Shown: in pieces, positions 1 through 12,700 of the stretch
How the letters are laid out: every line of letters begins with the position of its first letter
Position numbering within the stretch: position 1 is the stretch's first letter
Assembly (NCBI GenBank): GCA_045837725.1
Contig: JBEWZL010000119.1
Coordinates: 124,001 to 188,000, forward strand
Direction: 5' to 3'
DNA from: Vermamoeba vermiformis
Lineage: Eukaryota
DNA length: 64,000 nt
Made by a program: the position numbers and the translations under genes
The notes under the pieces: generated by a model
Databases searched by the model: none
What the model was told of the DNA's origin: nothing
The model's input: the letters and a program-made list of their open reading frames with translations, nothing else

Positions 1-350
1 ATAGGGTTTGTTTATTTCCGAGCGACAAAGATTGAAACAGCACGAAGTAAGGTTATTACATCGTAAGGAATAGAACTTGTAAGGTCTATGTCTTCGCCGA
101 TTCTCAAAGGACCAGATCCAATCGGAGTCGAATGACACACGCCTAAAAAAAAAAAAGATTGTCCTTCAACGGCGTCGAGCAAGTGTTGCAAGGTATACTT
201 CTATTGCCAAGGTCTATCTCGGATATACTATTTGTTGCAAAATCGGTTTGGGGGTTGAGTTCACGTTCATGAAATTAGTGAGTTTCACCGCCGAACAGAT
301 AAATAAAGTAAAAATTCATTCGGAAATATAATCTTACGACAACAGCAAAG

Positions 351-2341
351 ATGCTAACTATTGCGATCGTATTATCGGCGATTGCCGTTCTCGTTACGTG
401 GCTCTACAGCCGCATCCCTAAACGACTCCCGCAACACTTGCCAGGATGGAGCATGTTAGAGTCTATGATGAACCTAAGAAAATTTAGAAAAGCGATACTT
501 GATTCTACGAAGACTGGGGCGAAATGGTGGCGAATGTACATTATTGGCCAAGAAACACTGATCGCGACGCATCCTGACACTGTAAAGGTTCGTTGTTACT
601 GAAACATAATTATTTACTATGCTTTAGCATTTATACTAATATTCTTGATTTTTAAATTTAGTTAGTATTGACGCATCCAGAAATTTTTCCTAAGCAAGAC
701 ATCCCTGCCTTCTCTAAGAAGATGGCTCGTATATTTGGCAAAAATTTATTGACTTTGAACGGGGATGACTGGCAGTAAGTGCATGGCGAAGCTGAATATG
801 AAATTTAAATTTCTGGAACTGAGCTTGGACTTTTAAAGGAATCATCGACGTGCCCTGAGCCCGGCTTTCCATTATGACGCTGTTAAGAGTTTTATTCCCT
901 TATTTGTCAAGAAAACAAACGAATTATTGGAGATCTGGAAAGGAATCGAAGACAAACCCGTCTTTGCCCAGCCCACCTGGATGCCTAAATACACTCTCGA
1001 TGTCCTGAGTATGTTAAATTAGACCTTATTATTAGAATATCTGGACATCTGACACAATTCTCATTTTCTAAGGCACATCCGTCTTTGGCTACGATTTTCG
1101 TGCTATCTATGGAAACGAAGACAGCGAGCTTGATGCCTATTATACTTCCGTTAATTATGGTGTCAAGCCACTTCAAATTGCCCGCATTCTGGTGCGTATT
1201 TTGATACACAACAATCAGGATACAAAACTAATTCGCTTGAAGTTATCGCTCATCACTCACGTCCCTTTGACTTGGGATCTCGATGCCGCCGTCGGAGTTA
1301 TGGACAACTTTTGCCGCAAACTGATTCTCGTAAGAGCTGCACTATGATGATGCTGTTCAGCACCGGGATCTGACTTCTTTTACTAGGAACACGAGCGAAA
1401 CTTGGACAAGACAGATAAAGACCCTAATAAGTTTGACATTGTTGATATGATGCTGCAAGCTGAACCTAAACTTACCATTGACGAGGTATTAAATAACAAT
1501 TTCAGATCCGTCTTGCTACCGCCACTTTAGCTCATATTTTCACTTACAGATGGTTTCTGATGTCTTCTTATTCTTCGTGGCTGGTCACGAGACGACGTCT
1601 TCAGCACTCTCGTGGTTGTTATACTACTTGGCACAATATCCTGAGATCCAAGAGAAGGCACGAAAAGAGGCTCAAACAGTGCTTCAAGGACAAGAGTTCA
1701 CTGCCGCACATTTACGCGAATTTACTTACATCTCCATGGTACTCAAAGAGAATATGCGCATTCAACCTCCCATCGCTGCTTTGTCCACCAGAAAGTGCGC
1801 TCAAGACACCGAGTTTGAAGGCATTAAAATTCCTGCTGGCGTAAGTCACAACACTTCTGATATTGATAAATATAATGCTAACGTGCACTAGACTCGTATT
1901 GGACTTGGATTCGAAGCTGTGCATCACAACCCTCAGTTCTGGCCGGAGCCAGACAAGTTCATTCCCGAACGATTTGAACTCAAGAAAGGCGAGTCTATTC
2001 TCGAAGAAAACTCAACCAAACAACATCCGTTTGCTTACTTCCCCTTCTCGCTTCGATCTCGTGCTTGGTAAGTCTCAACGACACATTGACACGTGTCGTG
2101 AAAAATATCCAAGTGACACGTGTCAACGATTTTGACCCAGCCGGTCCGAAGTAGTATTGATTTGATATTGATTCGGTCCTATTGTAGCATCGGCAATCAG
2201 TTCTCCGTGATCGAACAAACAGTCTTCTTGTCCATGTTGTTGCAGAAGTACAGCTGGACGATGGCCACTTACAAGCCCCCCTCAGTCAACCCTATTCTCA
2301 ATCACCCCGATGAGTTGTCACTGAATTTGACTCGTCTCTAA
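351..2341 (+). CDS. Cytochrome P450 (CYP4-clan-like), multi-exon
   Basis: N-terminal membrane anchor; I-helix FVAGHETTS; K-helix ENMR; PERF motif (FIPERF); heme motif PFSLRSRAC|IG split by intron 2068-2188; GT-AG introns join in frame where checked. Confidence 0.93.
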
Positions 2342-2680
2342 TACACCTCTATATTTCTAGATCTTATGAACCGCTTCACTCTTTGTAATCTAACATTCAT
2401 TGTATATTCAACATGTCGGTGAGAAGATCCAAAAAAATCTGATTCGTTTAAACTAATAAAATTAATTTTACTCCAATTGTTCGATTGGCCAGGAAATTGC
2501 GTATTATTGACTTTTCCAAAAGTCGTTCTCGGGCACAAATTGAATGAAAGATAAATTCTCAGCTTTCGCAGCAACAAATGTTCCGAGATATTTTCCATTT
2601 CGTTTTTGCACTTTTGATTGTGAAACCAAACCACAAAGAAATGGCCGGAAACACTTCCGATAATATATTCAAATCCACAA

Positions 2681-4059
2681 ATGAACGAACTAACAGGTAA
2701 GAACATATATGACCACAGTGATATGTTATTAATTACCTGTTTAGAACATCTGCATAATCTTCTACTCACGGGAGAAGATAGTGGTATGTAGAATAGAAAT
2801 ACTATTTTAAATATATAATTATTAATATTTGACAAGATTTTACCGTGATTGTGTCCAATGAAGCTGAACAAAAGATCCATAAAAAAGTGCACAAATTAAT
2901 ATTGCAACAGAGCCCGTATTTTAAAGGCGTGGGTGCTGAAATATTAATACCAAAAATATATCTAATTTCTAATAATTAATTTTAGCTTTTTCGCATGCAA
3001 GGAACTGAAGCTCAAAACGGATGTGTCGAATTGACTACAATCAGCGAAGAAATTTTCAATCACGTGTTAGATTACTTATATGGAAAAGACATAACCGTAT
3101 CGGGTGATGACGCACTTGAAGTTGCCGTAGCAGCATCGTATCTGCAGCTTCCAAAATTGAAATTGAAGTGTTTGCATCTGTTCGCGGGAGAAAACTCAGA
3201 GACAGGAGCTAATAAGCCTGCTAAAGCTCTTACCAAACTGTTAGAAATGCCTGATAGGCCAAGTCCTCAAGAAACATTGCAGATCCGTTATATTTATGAG
3301 TAAGTACGAAACAGATCGGATCCGAAAAAATTCTAAAATATTTTTGCAGGACGTTCATTGGCAATTTTATGCATTGGAAAAATGCCGATAAGTGTTCGAT
3401 GGCATTTTTAACCTCATTAGTATCACTTTACGGCAAGACATCGCCAGCTGTTTGCGTTTTTGCGATCGACAGTTGGATTCGTGCTCATAACGCACCAGCT
3501 GATATAGTCAGGCCATTGCTCGACTACATAAATTTGGATAATTTGCAGACTCTCGGTTTAAAGCATCTTCTACGCATGAACATAGCGGATGAAGAGCGAA
3601 CGCAAATCCTGAAAAAGCAGCTCGAAGCACAATCACCAAAAAAAATCAATAAGTTCAAATTAAAGTTTAAAGGAGACTTGGCTATCGAATTTGAACGTCA
3701 AAATGCCTTATTGTAAGTTCCTACTCGAAGTTTCTGGGTGGATGTGGCATCCGGCTAACACGTTTATTAGCGTATTCCAATGTACTGCCTTTGGAGCCAA
3801 ACCTGCTGAAAAAATGCGCGTATTTAACTTCTATGCGATGAAATTGCCGCAACCGATGAAGATCCGTATTGAACTTCAATCATCGACCAATCAACTTATA
3901 ACTTCATGGACGCTATTATACAGTCCTGTTGGTAAAATATCTAGTGGTGGTGCTATAGAGGCGAATGATAAGCGAGCGATGGTCCTTGGACTGAGAGAAA
4001 TGGCGAATCCAATCTTCAACTTCATAGTCTCGATAACCCCGCAAGAATCCACAAACTAA
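2681..4059 (+). CDS. BTB/POZ (BACK-like) domain protein
   Basis: Spliced MNELTEHLHNLLLTGEDSDFTVIV...VHKLILQQSPYF...FNHVLDYLYG...AASYLQLPKL, a typical BTB pattern. Confidence 0.85.
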
Positions 4060-4221
4060 TGTTAATTCACTGTAAATATATACATATTAGTTTAATGTAA
4101 ATAAACCTTCGTGGATCAGCTGTCGTTCTAAAACGGGAAAACTGTCGGCGGAAAAACTTTAAATTTTAGCGCTGACAAGCAATCAAATCTTTTTCTTATT
4201 CAATATTATTATAATACCACA

Positions 4222-6558
4222 ATGGAGACAACATTGAATGTATTGAAAACGACTAGTATGGTCGTTGGTGGCTTTGTTGGAATACAGCTTTTACGAGTTG
4301 GAAAGATTCTGCTCGTAGATGCAATTCAAACCAAAGGTAAATGCACTAGTATTTATTAATAACATATATAAAAAAACCTATTTCCTCAACCTCAATTATT
4401 ATGACGGTGAATACTTTATTTAAGAAATAACCGTTAAATTTTTACTTTTCTTCTGCACGATTCTGTTGCTCCAAATACTTGAAAAATATTTTCGTATGAA
4501 TATTTATATATTAACCAATGCTTTATTAATTTAGATCTGCGTAACGAGCCGTTACCCAAAGATCTGCCCAACCAAGTCTTGCTTAAAACAAAGACAGAAA
4601 CATTTAACCATCAATATTATATTGCAGTGCGTAATGGTAAGCTAATTAACATATTCAATCTGCTTTTAATCTCTAATAATTGATGACAGGTCGCATCTAC
4701 TTCAAACCTATTGAAACACCAGACCAAGTGGAGAAGCAACAGTGGAACTCTTGGTTATTGTTGGGAATAGACGGTAATATAACGGTAATTATCCTTTTAA
4801 CAATAATCTAACAACTTGTATCTAATTTTAGGTCTCCCACATCCGGGTGCATTTTTCAATTTTGTTCCTAGGTGCGTATATCTCTCCATAATATACATTA
4901 TGTTATATTAACGATTTAATTTAGCGGATGGTTCGCTTTTGACTTCAAAAGACCAAAAGGAATTGAAGAAATTGACGCAGATGGCGACAACTTGATCTGC
5001 ATTGGCGACAATCGCATCGTATACTATTTGAAGCTCGATAAATTCAAATGGCAAGGTCGATGGGGCATGTATCTATATTTAGGCTTCAAATTAGGTCCTG
5101 CTGCTTGGGTACGCATTCACAATTTTTTTAAGCGGATGCGTAAACTAACTTTCATTAGATCAAATTGCCTGAAAAAAACCTTGGATATTCTATCTCCCAT
5201 AGAGGAAGCTATAGTATGTTATTTAAGTTATTAATAGAGCTGTTCTAATTTGTCTGTGATCAGATGCGTACATGGAAGACATTAACGGCACAAAGCACCA
5301 TTCAACTACTGGCTGCACAACGTTATATCTATTAGACCCCAATCAACTCGACATTGTTTACAACGACCCATGGCTCTCGCCTTACTGGACTGAACATACT
5401 TTTGAAGGTCCAACCGAATCCGCTTTGGATTCGTACAAAGAAAATCACAAGCCCGTTGATGGCCTCTATCCTACTGATAGACATCGTATTAAGATGCTGC
5501 ACCTTACTGCTAGTGGTTCTAACATGTTTGTCGTGTCTACCAATGGTCTCTTGTTCACGCGACTCGTTGACTTTGACATTGCAGGATTGAATCCAGTGTT
5601 CAAAGTAAGACTTAACAGTTATTTATTTACATTACTAATGTCGGCTATAATAGTATACATACGAGCGTAAGACGTTTCCGACAGACACAGTCCGTGGATT
5701 GCCCGCGCCAGGATGGATCCAACACACATCCATCAAGCCAGGTAACACAACATTATAAGTCAGTAACAAATGTATCTAACGCTTGCAAATAGAGCAAGGA
5801 TCTATCACTAAAATGCTCACTATCTTCCAATGCGGTCAAGGCAGTTCAGCGTACACGTTAAGGGTGGCTGGTTTCAACAATAAGGGCGAGAAAGGCACGC
5901 GTTAAATAGTATAACTTAATTATTTTTCCTACTAATCTTGCCTTTCAGGCTATTTTACCAAGCCAATTGTGCCCGCAAACGGTCCCTGGACTTTTGTACC
6001 GGACTTGGATCTGCCCATCACACGTGAGTTTTACAAATTTTTCCTTAAGCCCTTTTTTAAACATTTTTATTATTAGAGGCTGATATTATCGATGTCAATA
6101 CTCCCTTGCAACTCGGGCCTGTTATTGGTGCTGATTACACATGCACGCAAAAGATCAACAACAAGTCCGTCACAATCACATTGAAGGACTATCATCCTTC
6201 GTACGCTGAGACCGATGTGGTCATTACTGTCGACAACGAGAAGCTGAATTACGGCATCAAATTGTACGCGATTGGATTGAACTTGAAATTCAAAGGCACC
6301 ATTGTCATTCCCGATCGATTCGTCGAGGAAAATCCGCACAATTTGATGGCACCACTTTTCGGCAGCAGAAAATTGATCCCTGTAACGATCTCAGCGCCAA
6401 AGAAGTTCCTGTTTGGTCTGTTCAGCAAGAATAAGGACGAGTATCCGACCTTTGTGATTAAAGATCGCTTGGACAAGGACAGTGATGGGCCTATTCGTGC
6501 TCTGCCAAAGTTCTTGGTCACCAAACACATCAAATGGACCTTGCAAAAACAAAATTAA
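4222..6558 (+). CDS. Uncharacterised signal-anchored beta-rich protein, about 10 introns
   Basis: Exons join in frame; motifs GCTTLYLL, YNDPWL, LTASGSNMFVV, FTRLVDFDIAGLNP; hydrophobic N-terminus. Confidence 0.75.
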
Positions 6559-6697
6559 CTCGTAGTTAATATAACTGAGCTGTATTAATAACATTAATAA
6601 AAGCAACAACGTATTTATGGTTGGTTTAAAATGATTGGAGAAAAATAAACGCGAACTACGGAACAAAATCCAATTAATTTAAAGAAAGAATACCACA

Positions 6698-8779
6698 ATG
6701 GAAGCCAACATTGCAAAAAAGAGGAAAATATCAGATGGAACAGCGATTGACGCAGCAATTGACTTGGATAAATTCGTCTTCTTGCCAATCCGACTAAAAA
6801 CTCTGCAACAAAATTTAGAATCAATTCCAAAGGATATAGTAAGACCTAAAATATCTCCTATGTTCACAATTTCTCAAATGATACCAAAGACTACGCTCTG
6901 AAATGAAAATTATTATTTATTAGAAATTATTTTAAATTTGTCCGATTGATAATTAATCGGAATTTAGCGTTTATATTCGTAACAGTATTAACAATAATTT
7001 TTCTTAGCTTGTACGCACGCTAATTAGCATGTCCAATCAAGATCTGTCATTCATTGTTAAATTGAATGAAGAAATTCCTGAGAGTATGTATTATATAGCT
7101 TCCATTGGTCACTTTGAATAGAATAAGCACTAATATTAATTATGATTTTAGATATTGAAATAATATCAGAACCAATACCAACGTACTTCGATCTAGATCT
7201 GCCAATCCTCGCAAACGAACAGGACCATAACAATACTTTTGAGACCCAACAATATGAACCTAAGAAAATCAAGGCTTATATTGATATTTTATTTCGGAGA
7301 CATACTTATCATAGCCCTAGTAAGTCAGATCCCAAACAAATTATTTAAAATACTAACAAATTTCCAGGCAATGGCTATCTTAACGAATTACACGTTGAAA
7401 ATCACGTTAATGTACGAGGATTCCATTTTTAAGCGAATAATTGACACTAATCAATTCATTTGTTCCGGCAGTACAATCACCTGATTGCTGGACTCGAAAA
7501 AATGCTTGCCCGTGCTCGCTTGTTATATGAGATTGGTGAAATAGTGAGTGCTTATATTATACTGCGTATCATGGCCGAAGAAATTGATGAGGTAAGAGAA
7601 CTAAAGCATAAAAATAATATATCAATTTTTTCGCGGTACCACATTTATATCTCAACACGAACAAATGGATTAGTATTCGTTTGAAAAAAATATTATACAT
7701 CTATTTTTGGCTTATATAAAGATCCACATTGCAATCGAGAGTGATGACGTTTAACATATTCGTCAGATCTGCAACATAGATCTCTCTCTAATAGATAGGC
7801 TCTGTATTGTAGAAGGCCTGTGCAGATGACTAATGACTTGGTTTTTTTTTTAATAGAATAGAATTATAACCAATGGCAATTACGACGAAGAAGTGATGGA
7901 CACACCAGCACGAGCTATTCCTTATCACGTGGACCAATTTCTCGCTGAAATTATGCCTAAATTGAGCGACGAAGAGAAAAAATATTGCAAAGATAAGATG
8001 CCAATGTAAGCGAAAATAGTTTAGTACATAATTCAGGGCAGATCCAACTTTTACACGTGAACTTTGACACGTGTCAAACCAATTTTTTCACAGTTTTTGA
8101 TATTCAATGTTTAACCTTTTTTGGTGTAAAGGTACGAAGATCAAAAGCCATCTGAAGAAAACAACACTTTTGCCATCACCAATTTTCCATTCGACATTCA
8201 ATACGTGTTGAAAAGATATGAAGCTGCGTATCTAAAGAGCAGTCCTTATGAAGGTCAATACAAGCTCAAAAGTTTAGTTTCGGTAAGTATGATACTACAG
8301 CATATATATATAGCCTACTGTTAGTCTAATATGACCTAGCCCATAGACACCGAGAATCATTACACCATTGTAGCGACAGTGCCGGCAGTGAACAAAAAGC
8401 ACGGTCTGTACAAACAAGAGCTGCATTTCAACACGAAGACGCTCATCTCGTACAAGTGCTCGTGTGTGCATGGACATTCATTTTGCAAACATTTGGCTGG
8501 GTTGGCAGGACACATCTGCGCTGAAAAGCACAAATTGTTGTGTTACATGAATGGGGCCATGACAGTACAAGCCAATGTGACCAAGACACGGCCCACAAGA
8601 CACACAACTATCGCTAATTCAATAATAATAATCGAATCACCGCTGGTACACCGGTCAGATCTGCACCGATAACCACACACAACTTGACCACTCGTGTTGT
8701 GAGGCAAGACCAAAGTGCTTTTGCAACACCTCGTCTGTCCATTGGACGAAGCAGAAGGTCACGGCGTCGAAGATGGTAA
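6698..8779 (+). CDS. SWIM zinc-finger protein (3' end uncertain: 8672 or 8779)
   Basis: CSCVHGHSFCKH matches SWIM CxCxnCxH; N-terminal KKRK NLS-like motif; multiple GT-AG introns. Confidence 0.7.
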
Positions 8780-9032
8780 TACTGTCTGCATTCACTGAAC
8801 GTCAAATGGTGTTTGGATTGGAAGTAAATGATCGCATGGCAAAAGGTCACCCAAACGAGGTAATGGTTGTTGGGATTTCGGCCGTACCCTCGTGGTCCCC
8901 AAACGCCAGTGGCGGGGCCCAGACGAATGCCCGTTAAGTCCGACTCCTAGTACTGTGACTGAATTCCCTTTGTGCTCTCGTATAGGGAAGTTGTACCGTT
9001 TTATCATTTGGCCCTGGAGAATTAATGATTTA

Positions 9033-9466
9033 TTATGAGAATACAGTGACTCTATAAAAGTTGAGGTTGGAGCCCATAGAGTAGGCTAACATCGGATCAA
9101 TATGGCACAGCCTAACGATGAGAACCAGACCCAATGCACGAGCGGGTAATCAGCGTAATGGTGAAAAGTGTCCGAGATGCCGTGCAAGAGCCACCCAAAT
9201 CCGATCCAAAGTGGATTATAGAGTCCAATAAAAGCGCATAAGAAGAATAATGAGCCTGCTACTGTTTCTATCTTACCGAAAGGTCCATTGACGTAACAAC
9301 CGCCACAAAACGCAAGCATTAAACTAGCAAAATTGAGTCGCATTTGGTAGTCAACAAATCCAAGACCTACGATTGAAGCAGCTCCTACAACAACGCTTAA
9401 GATCGCTGAAGGCCAAGTGAAGATAGAATGCTTGTTGCATTTGTGGATCTCGCTTTGAGCGTTCAT
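9033..9466 (-). CDS. Intronless DUF6010-like small membrane protein, apparent 1-nt frameshift near 9099
   Basis: IGFGWLLHGISDTFHH and SSLGCAI match the recalled bacterial DUF6010 pattern (GW.LH..WD..HH...S.GCAI.DP); DPMLA continues in another frame to TAA at 9033-9035, followed by AATAAA. Confidence 0.7.
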
Positions 9467-9790
9467 TTGTTGTCGCTGATTTGAGTAAGTATATAATGTA
9501 GCAGTTTATTTATGTCGGTTGTAACGAAATCTCACTATCCCGTGCTTACGATCGTAACTAATGTTAGTCCGGGCCGTAAGGTTCGTAACAAATTTACTTA
9601 CGGTTAACCGCAATTACGCAAATGAAAGCACGCGATTAAATCTATTTTTAACTATTCAAAAATGGGAGTTTATTTGATTATGCAACACGTGTCATAATGT
9701 TATATATTATCGTAGTTTTATCATTTTCTAGCCGCTAGTGTACAACGCTTTGTAGGGGTAAATAAAAAGGCTCTATTTCTTCGGCTCTTT

Positions 9791-12700
9791 TTATTTCTCA
9801 ATGCGATCCTTTTTGCTCTTGGATCCTGCACAAAATAGAGTTAGCCTAATATATCGCTTAAAATAGTACTATATACGTACCAGACAAGTGTAAACTCTTG
9901 TTCTTAAGTTTCTTAATGTCAGTCTTATCAACAGATTCAGCTTGCAATTGAATGAGTTCGACCCACTCGTCACGTTCTTTACGAGTTGAGGCCGCAAATG
10001 TCATCTTGTCCTTCTTGTCCGTACGACACACGCCGAAGAGAAGGCCATCGTGTTTAGGATCAATAAGCTTAGGGTCTATTATGAGGTCAGAAAAAGTTGT
10101 CAAAAGTATGCGGATCGCACGGATCCAGATCCGACGTACCTGTTTCTTCGATGATCCAAACAAGGCAAGTACCAAGAGGTATTTGTTGTTTGACCATAAA
10201 TTTATCGAGTTCTTCTTTAGCAATCAATAAGAAATCGCTAAATAAGAAGAATATTCGACGTGAATTTCCTTTTGTCTTCACAACACCGCTCTTTGAATCT
10301 GACACCGATGAGATCAAATCGAACGCGCCTTGACTGATAAATCGACGCTTAGGATCGATAATATCAAAGTCCTATATTTATAAAAGGAAATATGATTAGA
10401 TCCAATTTTTTTCACAGAACTCCCAAAGTTTTGCGAACCGTGTTCGGGTCAATGAAAGTCAACGCGAACTTAAATCTCGAAATAATATCTCGATTTGAAA
10501 CTTACTTGTTTCTTTTCAAAAACGATTTTTTCATCGAGTTTGGCCAATTTGATTTGATTTTCAATAATTCTTCGCTCTTCGTTCAATCTAGCCACGACTT
10601 CTTCGACCTTTTTGATGGCGTTGCTCAAACCTTCGTGGTCCATATGATCCTTTGGCGTGTATTTGAGCAATTCTTTCAGCAGCAAAGGATAACGGCAAAT
10701 ACGTTGAATAGGCGTGATCAAAAATGAGTTCAAGTCCAATGAACGGCACTCAGGGTCGTTGACTTTGTCGTCCAAGAACTTGTTGAACTTTGGATTTTCA
10801 CGCTTGACTTGTTCGACTCGTTTGACAGCCTCAGATTGATTGTAGCAGTATACTGTATACATCTTGAAATAATCCGCGAGCTTCAAAAACACTTGGCCGG
10901 CTTGTTGTTCCGCAGGCGGCAGTTCTGTGAAAGATTATTAGTACTCATTAATATACGTTAAAATTGACTTACTATGCATAGACTTTGAGTTGTTTCAACA
11001 CTTCTTCGTTGACACCGACTAAAATCTGAATGTTCGAGAAGATCAAAGTGCTGTCTTGAGCAGTGATGATTTGTTGACTGATCAACGGCTCCATGAATTT
11101 CTAAAAAAGGAAATATTAGCTCACGTATTAGTCCTTGCCTAGCTCTCCACGAAACATACTCTAACAAGAATCTTCAAATCAGTGACGTAGTGTTCTTCGG
11201 TCTCAATCAGCTCGTCGAACACGTACTTTCGACGTGCCAAAATATCTTCACGTGATCGTTCCACGGGCTTGGGTGCTGCTGCGGGAGATGCAGAAGGCGA
11301 GGTTTGTGTAGGGGCAGCGAGTTCAGCTTGAAGAGTTGCTGAGGGCTTGAGTTCCACAGGCTCAGAACTGTTGCGATCACGTGTCACCGGTCTCTCAATA
11401 GAATCATCGCTGTGGTCTATAGCACGTGTTATAACACTATAATACGATCACTAATAATATTATCTTACCATCGTGAGCCTGACCGTTCTCAGGGGCAGAC
11501 AGATCTTTCGTGCCGTTCTTGATCAGATCTTCCAACAAGTGATATCGCTCGCTGTAATATTTCTCGTCTTGGCCGCTCTTAGTGTCATTAACTAGATCAA
11601 CTAGCTTCCATAACAACACTTTAACGCGTTCAGCCTCGACGTCAACTTTGCCTTGCTTGGGCGGGACGGGTGGTGCAGATCCCTTTTCTCTCGAGGCACG
11701 TGGTGGGATTGGCGGAGGCGGTGTTGCTGATCCACGTGGTATTCGGGGTGGTGTCTGAGCAGGACTAGGATTCAGACTTGCAGACTTCGCTTCAGCCTCG
11801 CGTCGTTCGTTGTCTTCGCGCTGTTGACGACGAAGTTGGCGCCTAAAATTAAAAACTCGTATTAGCTTCATATTAATATAATCATCTAAATATCTTGTGA
11901 TTAATTAATAGGTATGCTCCAGATTGAAAAATCTAGGCGTTAGGAATTTCCATAAAAGGAAATTTTCTCAAAGCGGATCTGGGAGATTACGTACAGCTCT
12001 TCCAAAGCAGCGGAACGTTCCTCTTCGAGTCTTTGTCGTTCAATCTCGAGTTGAATCTCACGACGTCGTTTTTCTTCTTCTAATCTTTGTCGTTCGACTT
12101 CGAGTTCTTTTTCTCGTTGCATTTTTTCTGCCTCGAGTCTCTTACGCTCAGCTTCTAACTCCGTCTCTCGCTTTAATTTTTCTTCCTCTAATTTTTGACG
12201 TTCAGCTAAAAGTTCAGTTTCTCGTTTTAATTTCTCGGCTTCGAGTTTTTGTCGCTCAGCTTCAATCATTTTTTTCTTTTCCTCTTCTAATCGTCGTTTT
12301 TCATCTTCAAGTTGTTGTTTCAACGATTCTTCTTGTAATTTTCTCTGTTGTTCAAACTTCAACTTTTCTTCTTCAATCTTTTGTCGCTCAGCTTCAAGTT
12401 GTTTTTGATGTGACTCTTGTTCGCGTTTGCGGCGCTCTTCTTCTTGCTTCAAACGCTCTTGCATTCGTCTCATTTCTTCTTGTTCTTGTTGTCTGCGAAT
12501 AGCTTCGAGTCTCTGTTGCTCTTCTTGACGTGCCAAAGCAGCCGGATCCATCTCACCACTACGTGTCAAAAGGACTCCTCCTGAGCCATAACTAGCTGAG
12601 CTACTCGGGGCCGATCCAAGTGTAGCATTGGCTATTCATATTATGAAATATTAGTCTCGATATTATAACGAAAACAGCCGGATCCAGATCCGTGAAAAAA

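Noticed and set aside
11924..12502. 192-aa hydrophobic plus-strand ORF and similar antisense ORFs (2338-2892, 47640-48263, 54836-55147)
   Set aside because: Shadow ORFs of repetitive or codon-biased genes on the opposite strand, or chance ORFs, with no recognisable motifs
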